64,000 nt of DNA from an uncultured Erysipelotrichaceae bacterium (GCA_902779035.1 CACZAH010000001.1:24591-88590), one strand, 5' to 3'. Shown: positions 55,063-63,935, counted from the stretch's first letter. Notes: generated by a model not told the origin, from the letters alone. Numbers and translations are program-made.

Positions 55063-56784
55063 TTAAATTTCTATATTATCTAAATCTATTTCACCATTCA
55101 TTAATTTTGGTAATAATGTATCTCTTAATTCTGATAACTTCCTATTTTCATCAATTATTAATAATCTTTTATCAATAACATTTTTTGAAATACTATTAAA
55201 CTCTTTTAATCCGTTTTCATCAGGTATAATAACATTAAATCCAGCTATATCACCTGCATTAAATCCTGCTTGTGCACTTCTTTGCCCAACTTGATTAATG
55301 TAGTTATAAAAACCATCAGATTCTAATATGACTCTTAACAACTCTTTATATTCTTCTTTTTTAGGCAGAACTTTTGCCAATGCGACATTGTATGCACCTG
55401 ATAAGCCATAACATATTCTTCCTAGTGATGCTCCATATCGTGCAATAAGAATATCATCTTTACTACATAACTTATTCTTCTTTGAATTAGGAATATAGCA
55501 CACATAAGAATCTGTTTCAAAATCTCTTATCTGAACAAATCTAATATTATCTTCACTTTTTTCTTTTTGAAATTCAGATGCTGGAGGTTGACTTCCTCCT
55601 TGATAATCCATCAATTCAGATAAAGATAATTCAATAATATTATTTTCAATTAATCTTAAATAATTAGTCTTGCATAACTCACGCAAATTATTATTTATTT
55701 TTATATTTAGCTCAATCTTTTTATCAATATTTTCAAGTATCGTAACAATTTTTTTTTGTATAATTTTTGAAGGAAGATATATACTATACTTCATAATAGC
55801 TTGTTTATCTCCTCTTGGCATCTTAGTACCTTTACTTGTTTCAGTAACATATTGAAAAAAGGTTGGCTGACTAAGAAAATAATATAAATATTTTGAATCT
55901 ATACCTTCTTCACTTCTTATAACCAAAACGTCATTTGAACATCCTCCATCAAATGTTGCATACCACATTTTTTTAAAATAAGGTCTTATATTCGATAATA
56001 ATATATCTCCCTTTTTAAAAGAAGTTACTTTATCTACTTTCGGTAATGAAGCAGATTCTGTGATTCCAGATAAATTTGGTAACATATTTTCTGTAGATAT
56101 ATATGATGTTCTATTTAATTTGGATACACTTATTTTTTCTGTAGAAAAAATACTTATTTCAGACATCTTTTTATATTTACTATTTATAAACTCTACTATT
56201 TTTGGTATCTGTTCTTTATACCAATTTGTTATTTGCTCTTGCGGTATTGCAATTAATGGTTCTAAAATAAATGTTATCATTAGCCATACTATTATTTGTC
56301 TAGGAAGTAAATGATCATTTTTATTTTCTATTTTATTTATATTTTCTATATCTTTATAGGTAATAGAATTTATTACTTCTTTTGTATCTTCTTCTGAATA
56401 GTTATAATTGTTACTATTTATTAAAGTTTCACACAGTGTTATAAATTCTTTTGAATTATAAAAAGAGTTTAAAGATTTATATACTGCTTCAATACTATTT
56501 GAATATTCTGTAATTATTTTGGAAATTGTATTTAATATTTTGCTATAGTTTTCGCTTATACTCCTTATTGCCTCTGATGCAGCTAGCGATGATGCAGTTA
56601 TACTTTTATAAATAGTATCATAATCTATCTTTGAAACGATGGAATCAATCGCTTTATTAAGACCAGCTGAACTTTTTTCTAAAGATTTTGCAATTTGCTC
56701 ATAATTAGTTGCTTTTAATTGATTTGATAAATTATCTAAACTATTTACCGTAGTTACGAAGCCCTCTTTATATCTCATAACCAA
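55063..56784 (-). CDS. hsdS: Type I restriction enzyme S subunit with a ~206-aa N-terminal extension
   Basis: 573-aa continuous ORF. The HsdS-like part starts around the internal Met at 56166 (MSEISIFS...GDILLSNIRPYFKKMWYA...). The ORF start overlaps hsdM by 17 nt. Confidence 0.8.
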   Translation of the reverse strand: MVMRYKEGFVTTVNSLDNLSNQLKATNYEQIAKSLEKSSAGLNKAIDSIVSKIDYDTIYKSITASSLAASEAIRSISENYSKILNTISKIITEYSNSIEAVYKSLNSFYNSKEFITLCETLINSNNYNYSEEDTKEVINSITYKDIENINKIENKNDHLLPRQIIVWLMITFILEPLIAIPQEQITNWYKEQIPKIVEFINSKYKKMSEISIFSTEKISVSKLNRTSYISTENMLPNLSGITESASLPKVDKVTSFKKGDILLSNIRPYFKKMWYATFDGGCSNDVLVIRSEEGIDSKYLYYFLSQPTFFQYVTETSKGTKMPRGDKQAIMKYSIYLPSKIIQKKIVTILENIDKKIELNIKINNNLRELCKTNYLRLIENNIIELSLSELMDYQGGSQPPASEFQKEKSEDNIRFVQIRDFETDSYVCYIPNSKKNKLCSKDDILIARYGASLGRICYGLSGAYNVALAKVLPKKEEYKELLRVILESDGFYNYINQVGQRSAQAGFNAGDIAGFNVIIPDENGLKEFNSISKNVIDKRLLIIDENRKLSELRDTLLPKLMNGEIDLDNIEI

Positions 56785-58276
56785 TATCCTCTAGATTTTT
56801 CTTTATTATTTCTTCTAATTCATGTGATTCTTTAAATTGTTTAGATAATTCAGATGTAATGTTTTTCATTTTCTCATCAAATGGAATATTATCTTCTTGA
56901 TTAGTTTCTACTCCAACATATCTTCCTGGAGTTAATGAATAATCATTATTTTTTATTTCATCTAATGTTGCTTTTTTACAAAAGCCAATTTTATCTTCAT
57001 AATTTTCATCATTTTGATAGTCATGATATATATCAGCAATCGTACTTATATCATTATGTTTATCGTCTTCTAACAATTCTCTAAGTTTTCTCGTAACCAT
57101 TGTTCCCATATTAGATGCATTGATAAATAAAGTATGTTCTTTTTGCTTTTTATTTCTATTGATTATCCAGATTGAACACGGAATAGTCACTGTATAAAAT
57201 AAATTTGATGGCATTGCAATTATACAGTCTACTAAATCTGCTTCAATTAAATTTTTCCTTATTTCTGCTTCTTGTCCACCTGCTGTTAATGAACCGTTCG
57301 CCAATACTATAGCAGCTTTTCCGTTTGCAGATAATTTAGATATCATATGTTGCAACCAAGCATAGTTTGCATTTCCTTTTGGAGGTATACCATACTTCCA
57401 TCTATAATCATCAACTAATTTTTCTTGTCCCCAGTCACTTATATTAAACGGTGGATTTGCAAGAATAAAATCTGCTTTTAAATCTTTATGTAAATCCTCA
57501 TGGAATGTATCTGCTGCAAACTTTCCTAAATCTCCATCTATAGATCTAATTGCTAAATTCATTTTAGCTAATTTCCAAGTTGTTGGATTTTTTTCTTGGC
57601 CAAATATGGATAAATTTCTAACGTTTCCCTGATGTCTTTCTATAAATTTTAACGATTGTACAAACATACCACCAGAACCACATGCTGGATCATATACTCT
57701 ACCTTCATAAGGTTCTATCATTTCAACCATTGTTCTAACAATACATGCTGGTGTATAGAATTCTCCACCCTTTTGTCCATCCTTACTTGCAAATTGTCCT
57801 AAGAAGTATTCATATACTCTTCCTAACATATCCTTTTCAGAAGCATCTTTTGTCCCTAATTTTAAATTAGTAAACAAATCTATTATCTCTCCTAGATTTA
57901 CATTTCTAAAATCTGGACTATTATATATTTTAAATAGTACTCCTTTTAATGAAGGGTTTTCTTTTTCAATTAAATCTAAAGCATTATCTAATATTTCTCC
58001 AATGTTATAGTCTTTTGAGTGTTTAACAATATATGACCATCTTGATTTTTCTGGTACAAAGAAAATATTATCTTCCATATAAGCATCTCTATCTTCTTCT
58101 AATCCATATCCCTCTTTTACTAATTCATTATATTTTTCTTCAAATGTATCTGATATATATTTTAGAAATATTAATCCTAATACTACGAACTTATAATTAG
58201 TTACAGATAGACCTCCAATCATCTTATCTGCTGCTGCCCATAAAGTCTTTTCTATCTCTTGCATATCTTTACCCAT
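56768..58276 (-). CDS. hsdM: Type I restriction enzyme M subunit (second system)
   Basis: 502 aa with GGEFYTPACIV, VYDPACGSGGMF and LANPPFNISDW. Confidence 0.9.
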   Translation of the reverse strand: MGKDMQEIEKTLWAAADKMIGGLSVTNYKFVVLGLIFLKYISDTFEEKYNELVKEGYGLEEDRDAYMEDNIFFVPEKSRWSYIVKHSKDYNIGEILDNALDLIEKENPSLKGVLFKIYNSPDFRNVNLGEIIDLFTNLKLGTKDASEKDMLGRVYEYFLGQFASKDGQKGGEFYTPACIVRTMVEMIEPYEGRVYDPACGSGGMFVQSLKFIERHQGNVRNLSIFGQEKNPTTWKLAKMNLAIRSIDGDLGKFAADTFHEDLHKDLKADFILANPPFNISDWGQEKLVDDYRWKYGIPPKGNANYAWLQHMISKLSANGKAAIVLANGSLTAGGQEAEIRKNLIEADLVDCIIAMPSNLFYTVTIPCSIWIINRNKKQKEHTLFINASNMGTMVTRKLRELLEDDKHNDISTIADIYHDYQNDENYEDKIGFCKKATLDEIKNNDYSLTPGRYVGVETNQEDNIPFDEKMKNITSELSKQFKESHELEEIIKKNLEDIGYEI

Positions 58277-58446
58277 ATTATTACCTCACATCCATTAGAT
58301 TTCAATCAATTATCAAATAAAATTATATCATAAAAACAGCAAAATTTGGCTATTTGACTAACAATTTGTGACAAAATTCATTATTTGCTATGAATATATT
58401 GCTAATTATAAAAAACTAATTAATACAACACGGAGGTGTGTATGTT

Positions 58447-58722
58447 ATGAAAATATACTGATGAACATATAAGCGATGAAGAATGAAAAATGTAATTGAT
58501 CTTTTTTATGATAACAATCTTGAATATAACATTACTTATATTATGCCTAAATCAAATGTGTATTATATAGCTAAAAATTATAATTGGAATGCAACTTATG
58601 AAGCAGTTTTCTATCAGCATTATACCGTTGCAAAAAATATATTTAATATTAGTGATAATAAGGATTATAATAGGTTTAAATCTGAAGTATTCGAATTATT
58701 AAGAATGAAGTATTATTTATAA
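58447..58722 (+). pseudogene. Frameshifted or N-terminally truncated paralogue of the 116-aa protein at 29198-29548
   Basis: The main ORF 58483..58722 aligns with the paralogue (FYDNNLEYNITYIMPKSNVYYIAKNY versus FYDNFEEYMIRYVIPDAVAFYIANSY). The homologous N-terminal stretch YTDEHISDEE is readable only in the +1 frame (58454-58483). The RBS-linked ATG at 58447 is in the main frame but hits TGA after 4 codons. Both frame changes coincide with A-runs. Confidence 0.5.
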
Positions 58723-58784
58723 TTTATTTGTAGAAAAACGTTAAAAAAATAGTATTAGCATTTGCTCTAATACTCTTCTTGTTC

Positions 58785-59711
58785 TTATTTTAAACTAAGA
58801 ATTAAATCCTCTAAGTAGTAATTATTATAATACATTTCTCGTTCTAAAAAATCAGACCAATTTTTAATTTCGATTTTTGTTTCCAACTTCGCTTTTCGAT
58901 TTGTAATTCTCAATATAATTCCAAGCTTATTTATTACATCAAATACATAATTATCAGTGTTTAATCTATTACTATCTTTATAAGCTTCAATTATACTTTT
59001 AACAATTTTAAACGCTTCATCAAATTCATCGCTTGACAGATATTGTCTTGCTCTATCAATATATAAATTTATTTTTTCAATATAACTTCCATCTACTATT
59101 AATTCATTATATAAATTATTGTAATAATACTCATAGTTCTGTTTCGGATAATATTTTCTAAAATATTCACTGAACGCTCCCATTTCTATAGCTACATTGT
59201 TTAACCCAATTGGAGAAAGCAAATAATTCTTAATTTCTTCTGCTGGTATTTCCTTAATAATCGACTTAAGATTAATTTCTTTTTCTTTAATTGGTGATTT
59301 TAATTCAACTTCATCATATTCAAGGTTTGATATAGCAATTATTACAGCATATAAATGTTTACAAGGGTAAGTACAAGGGCATGTACATCTATAGTGCGCT
59401 GTATCATCATCTATCACTACTATTTCTACATCATATGGTTTAGAAGTGTTACCACTTACTTTTGCAAAATATTTATTCTTGGTTTTATAAACATTTTGAA
59501 TATTTCCATCATAATAGTATTTCTCTCCTCTTTCTTTTATTTGGTAAGAAAAATCTTTGGCTAAAGAATTTTCTAAAGTACTCTCATCATAGTATATATC
59601 ATTTTTTTCTTCGCTTGTTTTATGTATATTATTATTTTTTTCAGCATCTATTGAATTTAAAGTTGCATTTCTCATTGTATTATCCAAAAAAACTTTTGTA
59701 TCTATTTCCAT
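58785..59711 (-). CDS. SWIM zinc-finger protein
   Basis: 308 aa with YRCTCPCTYPCKHLYAVIIAI (CxCx(n)CxH SWIM signature). Confidence 0.7.
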   Translation of the reverse strand: MEIDTKVFLDNTMRNATLNSIDAEKNNNIHKTSEEKNDIYYDESTLENSLAKDFSYQIKERGEKYYYDGNIQNVYKTKNKYFAKVSGNTSKPYDVEIVVIDDDTAHYRCTCPCTYPCKHLYAVIIAISNLEYDEVELKSPIKEKEINLKSIIKEIPAEEIKNYLLSPIGLNNVAIEMGAFSEYFRKYYPKQNYEYYYNNLYNELIVDGSYIEKINLYIDRARQYLSSDEFDEAFKIVKSIIEAYKDSNRLNTDNYVFDVINKLGIILRITNRKAKLETKIEIKNWSDFLEREMYYNNYYLEDLILSLK

Positions 59712-60202
59712 AACAAATCCCTTCCCTTTCTTAAGATATTATATCACGTTTTAAAAATTTTTAAATTACTTAAGTTTCTCTTATTGTGCCAATCTTGAAT
59801 CATTTAACATCAATAATTATACTATTATAATCAATAAATTAATAGAAATTGATTTTTCAAGTAAAAAATAACTACTTTCTATCACTATTACAGTTGTTTA
59901 GAAAATTAGGAACGTAATTTTCTTTAGTGTTATTAATTCTTTTATTGGTGCTTAATAAATATTTATTAACTATTTCATTTTAAAATTTTTCATCGAATTT
60001 AATTTCATTATTATCTAAATCTTCTAATTCTCTATCATCAAATAAGTATTCTACTTTTCTATCCATAAATCCACACCCATTACATTTTATAAATCTAAAA
60101 CTATATTACTATTATAACACTAATTATAAAATTTGACATTATTCGACATATTTCGACAAATTATGATGTTATAATACGCACTATATTTATTGACGAGGTG
60201 GT

Positions 60203-60946
60203 ATGATGGAAGAGTTTAAAAAATTTAAAGAATTATTTGAGCAAACAAAGAAAAAAGGATGGATAAAATCTTTAAGAAAAGGAGACACTGGAGTTGGTTA
60301 TACATTTGAAAAAACAATCGGTAAAGATGAAGAAAATTTGCCTATTGCTGACTATGGTTCGATTGAAATAAAAGCTACAAGGAAACATAGTAATAAACGG
60401 ATTCATTTATTTTGCGCAGTTCCTGATGGAGATTATTTATTTCCTATTAAAAGAATCCATGAAAAATTAGGATACCCAGATAAACAAAGACCTGAATTTA
60501 AAGTATTTCAAATGGGTTTTAACGGGAAAGATTATTCTAATATTGGGTATTATAAAAAAGGCATAATCAAAGTAAATCGCAAGGAAAAGAAAGTGGATTT
60601 TATTGTTGTTAATTCAAATAATAAATCTATAGATATTAATGTATCATGGTCATTTCAACTACTATATCAAAGACTATATCTAAAGTTAAAGAAGCTAGCA
60701 TATATAACTGCTGATACAAAATTTATAGATTGGAACGAGTACTTTTATTACTATGATTTAAGATTATTTAAATTAAAAGATTTTACAACATTTTTAAATC
60801 TAATAGAAAGTGGTGATATTGAAATTAGATTTTCTATTGGTGTTTTTAAAAGTGGTAAACGAGAAGGTCAAATACATGATAGAGGAACGGTGTTTTCTAT
60901 AAACGAAGAAAATATAACAAAACTATTTACTGAGATAAAAATATAA
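60203..60946 (+). CDS. MvaI/BcnI-family-like restriction endonuclease, no adjacent methyltransferase
   Basis: 247 aa with KKGWIKSLRKGDTGVGYTFEKTIGKDEENLPIADYGSIEIKATR, which resembles the MvaI_BcnI N-terminal catalytic region as I recall it. RBS gaggtgg. Confidence 0.55.
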   Translation: MMEEFKKFKELFEQTKKKGWIKSLRKGDTGVGYTFEKTIGKDEENLPIADYGSIEIKATRKHSNKRIHLFCAVPDGDYLFPIKRIHEKLGYPDKQRPEFKVFQMGFNGKDYSNIGYYKKGIIKVNRKEKKVDFIVVNSNNKSIDINVSWSFQLLYQRLYLKLKKLAYITADTKFIDWNEYFYYYDLRLFKLKDFTTFLNLIESGDIEIRFSIGVFKSGKREGQIHDRGTVFSINEENITKLFTEIKI

Positions 60947-61063
60947 AAGATATAAAAGATATTATTATCTGTTATCGATTACAAATTTATTCCTTACTAA
61001 TTGTTTGTTTCCAAGGGGTTGCATAAAAAAAGCAACTCTTTTAAAGTTACTTTGAAATTTCAA

Positions 61064-61140
61064 TGGTCGGGAAGACAGGATTTGAACCTGCAACCCCTTG
61101 GTCCCAAACCAAGTGCTCTACCAAGTTGAGCCACTTCCCG
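61064..61140 (-). tRNA. tRNA-Pro (anticodon UGG), CCA encoded
   Basis: The reverse complement reads CGGGAAGTGGCTCA...CTTGGTTTGGGACCAAG...GGTTCAAATCC...CCCGACCA. Confidence 0.9.
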
Positions 61141-61143
61141 ATA

Positions 61144-61220
61144 TGGTGCGCCCGAAGGGATTCGAACCCCTGACCTTTTGGTTCGTAGCCAAACACTCTA
61201 TCCAGCTGAGCTACGGGCGC
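61144..61220 (-). tRNA. tRNA-Arg (anticodon ACG), CCA encoded
   Basis: The reverse complement reads GCGCCCGTAGCTCAGCTGGATAGAG...GGCTACGAACC...GGTTCGAATCC...GGGCGCACCA. Confidence 0.9.
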
Positions 61221-61303
61221 GTATCCTTAAGGCTAACCATTACAATTATTTAAATGTAAATCCTTAAACCGTTTAAAACGGAGATATGGTTTTAAAAAAA
61301 AGA

Positions 61304-61379
61304 TGGTGGCTCCAGGTAGAATCGAACTACCGACACCAGGATTTTCAGTCCTGTGCTCTACCGACTGAGCTATAGAGCC
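61304..61379 (-). tRNA. tRNA-Phe (anticodon GAA), CCA encoded
   Basis: The reverse complement reads GGCTCTATAGCTCAGTCGGTAGAGC...GGACTGAAAATCC...GTTCGATTC...GAGCCACCA. Confidence 0.9.
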
Positions 61380-61387
61380 AAAAATAA

Positions 61388-61463
61388 TGGCGGTTCCGAC
61401 GAGAATCGAACTCGCGATCTTCTGCGTGACAGGCAGACGTGATAACCGCTACACCACGGAACC
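61388..61463 (-). tRNA. tRNA-Asp (anticodon GUC), CCA encoded
   Basis: The reverse complement reads GGTTCCGTGGTGTAGCGGTTATCAC...CCTGTCACGCAGA...GTTCGATTC...GGAACCGCCA. Confidence 0.9.
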
Positions 61464-61469
61464 ATTATT

Positions 61470-61546
<77 letters not shown>

Positions 61547-61568
61547 ATATTGTGTAACAAATTTTAAA

Positions 61569-61659
61569 TGGCGGAGAAAGAGGGATTCGAACCCCCGCGC
61601 CGTCGCCGACCTAACGGTTTTCAAGACCGCCCCCTTCAACCAGGCTTGGGTATTTCTCC
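61569..61659 (-). tRNA. tRNA-Ser (anticodon UGA), long variable arm, CCA encoded
   Basis: The reverse complement reads GGAGAAATACCCAAGCCTGGTTGAAGGG...GGTCTTGAAAACC...GGGGGTTCGAATCCC...TTCTCCGCCA. Confidence 0.9.
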
Positions 61660-61667
61660 AACAATTA

Positions 61668-61756
61668 TGGTGCCTAAGGCCGGACTTGAACCGGCACGGG
61701 ATTTGACTCCCGCAGGATTTTAAGTCCTGTGCGTCTACCAATTTCGCCACTCAGGC
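61668..61756 (-). tRNA. tRNA-Leu (anticodon UAA), long variable arm, CCA encoded
   Basis: The reverse complement reads GCCTGAGTGGCGAAATTGGTAGACGC...GGACTTAAAATCC...CCGGTTCAAGTCCGG...TTAGGCACCA. Confidence 0.9.
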
Positions 61757-61914
61757 ACATAACCCAAATTAAAATTCAAGTTACTTATTAAGTATATAAT
61801 ATTTTTATTTAAATTGCAATACTTTTCTTTAGTAAAATTCAAAGTTTTTTCGACTTTTAGTAGTTTTTTACTAAAAATCAGATATAATTAACCCAATTAA
61901 TACCAAAACTCCTA

Positions 61915-62910
61915 TTACTTACCAATCAAATGAATATTATCAAGAAGTACACCAGTACCTTCAACAACACATGTTAATGGACTTTCTGCAATAAATACAG
62001 GTACCTTTAACTCATGCGATAATAACTCATCAAAGCCATGAATTAGTGCTCCACCACCAGTAACTACTATTCCTTTATCAATAATATCCGCAGCAAGTTC
62101 TGGAGGAGTTTGTTCTAAAACATTTTTAGCAGCGTGAATAATCGCATACACGCTTTCTCTTAACGCTTCTTCTATCTCATCTGAGGTAAGTGTAATAGTA
62201 TGAGGAAGTCCTGTTACTAAGTCTCTACCTTTAACTTCCATTTGCTCATTACGACTTCCTGGGAACACAGAACCAATACTAAATTTTATATCTTCTGCAG
62301 TTCTTTCACCAACTAATAATTTATACTTTTCCTTAATATATTTAACAATATCAGAATCAAATACATTTCCAGCAATCTTAATTGATGAACTTGTAACAAT
62401 ACCTCCTAAAGATAAAATAGCAATATCAGTAGTTCCTCCTCCAACATCAATTACCATATTACCACTTGGTTTAGATATATCCATACCTGCACCAATTGCA
62501 GCAACCTTAGGTTCAACTTCTAAAAATACCTTTCTTGCTCCTGTTCTTTCAGCAGCCTCTTTAATAGCATTTTTCTCAACTTGGGTAATATTTGATGGAC
62601 AACAAATTAATATTCTCGGTCTTGAAAAGAATGATTTACCGTTAATTTTCTTTATAAAATTATTAAGCATAATCTCAGTTATTTCAAAATCAGCAATAAC
62701 ACCATCTTTCATCGGCCTAATTGCTTTAACTGTACCTGGAGTTCTACCAAACATTTCTCTTGCTTCTTGTCCAACTGCTAAAGGTTTCTTAGTTTCTGCA
62801 TCTATTGCAACTATACTTGGTTCATTTAATACTATACCTTGTCCTTTTACATAAATTAATACATTGGCAGTTCCTAAATCTATTCCAATATCTTTTGTGA
62901 ATTTAAACAT
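61915..62910 (-). CDS. mbl: MreB-family rod-shape protein (Mbl-like by synteny with spoIIID)
   Basis: Start ATG 62910 after gaggtga. DIGIDLGTANV, MKDGVIADF, DVGGGTTDIA and GGGALIHGFDELL motifs. Directly downstream of spoIIID, as in B. subtilis. Confidence 0.85.
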   Translation of the reverse strand: MFKFTKDIGIDLGTANVLIYVKGQGIVLNEPSIVAIDAETKKPLAVGQEAREMFGRTPGTVKAIRPMKDGVIADFEITEIMLNNFIKKINGKSFFSRPRILICCPSNITQVEKNAIKEAAERTGARKVFLEVEPKVAAIGAGMDISKPSGNMVIDVGGGTTDIAILSLGGIVTSSSIKIAGNVFDSDIVKYIKEKYKLLVGERTAEDIKFSIGSVFPGSRNEQMEVKGRDLVTGLPHTITLTSDEIEEALRESVYAIIHAAKNVLEQTPPELAADIIDKGIVVTGGGALIHGFDELLSHELKVPVFIAESPLTCVVEGTGVLLDNIHLIGK

Positions 62911-62987
62911 TTTATCACCTCGCACATTCATTATTTCTTCTTTGCATCACCTATTATACCATATATTGCCTTATTTTGCGCAACTAA

Positions 62988-63233
62988 TTATAAATTTTCA
63001 TATTTTTTTCTTGTTGATTCACCACCACGTATATGCCGTATCTCTAAATGATAATTAAGTATCTTCTTTACTTCTTTATATATATTACTATTAATATTTT
63101 TTAATCTTCTATTCAAATCAATATGAACAGTACTTTTAGATACATTAAACACTTTTGCAATCTCCCTAATAGTCTTCTTAGTATTCACCATATATTCTGC
63201 TTCATCTATTACCCTTTTTGATATATTATTCAA
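62988..63233 (-). CDS. spoIIID: Stage III sporulation transcription regulator SpoIIID
   Basis: 81 aa (TTG start after aggtga) with RVIDEAEYMVNTKKTIREIAKVFNVSKSTVHIDL...HIRGGESTRKKY. Confidence 0.9.
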   Translation of the reverse strand: MNNISKRVIDEAEYMVNTKKTIREIAKVFNVSKSTVHIDLNRRLKNINSNIYKEVKKILNYHLEIRHIRGGESTRKKYENL

Positions 63234-63299
63234 GATATCACCTATTTAAATATATAAATAATAATCAATAATATACATATTTTATAAACAAAAAGAGCT

Positions 63300-63935
63300 C
63301 TACGCTCCAATCTCATCTATCGATTTATCAAAGTAATCTTCTGGATTTACTAATTTTTCTTTTATTGATAATTCAAAATATAGATGATTCTTTAAATCTG
63401 ATGTAATATTTGCAGTTGAACTTGTTGCAATCTTCGCACCTTGTTTAACTGTATCTCCTTCTTTAACAGTAATATCTTTAATACTTTCATACGTAGATAC
63501 AATCCCGTTGTCATGTTCAATAGTAATTATATTACCAACTGTATCATCGTTTGAAACTTTAGTTACTTTACCATCAAGAATAGATACAACATCAAATTCA
63601 GTATCTTTTCCATATGATACTCCACTGCTTGGCATGTATGTATCCTGATAATAAATTATAGATTCCTTCTGTTCATCTTCTGTACCTTGATAGTTATAAA
63701 AATTCTTAACTATTTTTACATCACTATCTGTATAAGGACGAATTATTGTTGTTTTAGTATTTACAACAGGTATATCCTCACGTGTTATACCCGTCTTTGA
63801 TACATATTGATAATCAGGATTTTTAGTATCTAGCTTTTTATTATTAACCTCTAGTAATAGTATACCTCCTAAAAGCAAACCAAAGCCAATAACATACAAA
63901 CTATAAACAACAGGTCTTTTTAATCTTCTATTCAT
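63300..63935 (-). CDS. spoIIQ: SpoIIQ-like membrane-anchored degenerate LytM/M23 protein
   Basis: Start ATG 63935 after agaggtga. N-terminal TM helix. The C-terminal LytM fold (GNIITIEHDNGIVSTYESI..VKEGDTVKQGAKIA..NHLYFEL) has a degenerate HxH motif. Position upstream of spoIIID-mbl matches B. subtilis. Confidence 0.65.
   Translation of the reverse strand: MNRRLKRPVVYSLYVIGFGLLLGGILLLEVNNKKLDTKNPDYQYVSKTGITREDIPVVNTKTTIIRPYTDSDVKIVKNFYNYQGTEDEQKESIIYYQDTYMPSSGVSYGKDTEFDVVSILDGKVTKVSNDDTVGNIITIEHDNGIVSTYESIKDITVKEGDTVKQGAKIATSSTANITSDLKNHLYFELSIKEKLVNPEDYFDKSIDEIGA

Noticed and set aside
58442-58500. Apparent in-frame TGA codons in the small paralogue, which at first suggested TGA recoding (genetic code 4).
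   Set aside because: Careful frame bookkeeping shows that the homologous segments are in two different frames (frameshifts), not separated by in-frame TGA codons. Host genes clearly use TGA as a stop: for example, the stop at 1365-1367 is followed by an RBS and the next gene, and scpA ends in TGA.
61221-61303. An unusually long 83-nt spacer between tRNA-Arg and tRNA-Phe, containing small palindromes (ccgttttaaacgg, ccttaagg).
   Set aside because: I could fold no tRNA-like or known RNA structure and see no convincing promoter hexamers. It is probably just a processing spacer.
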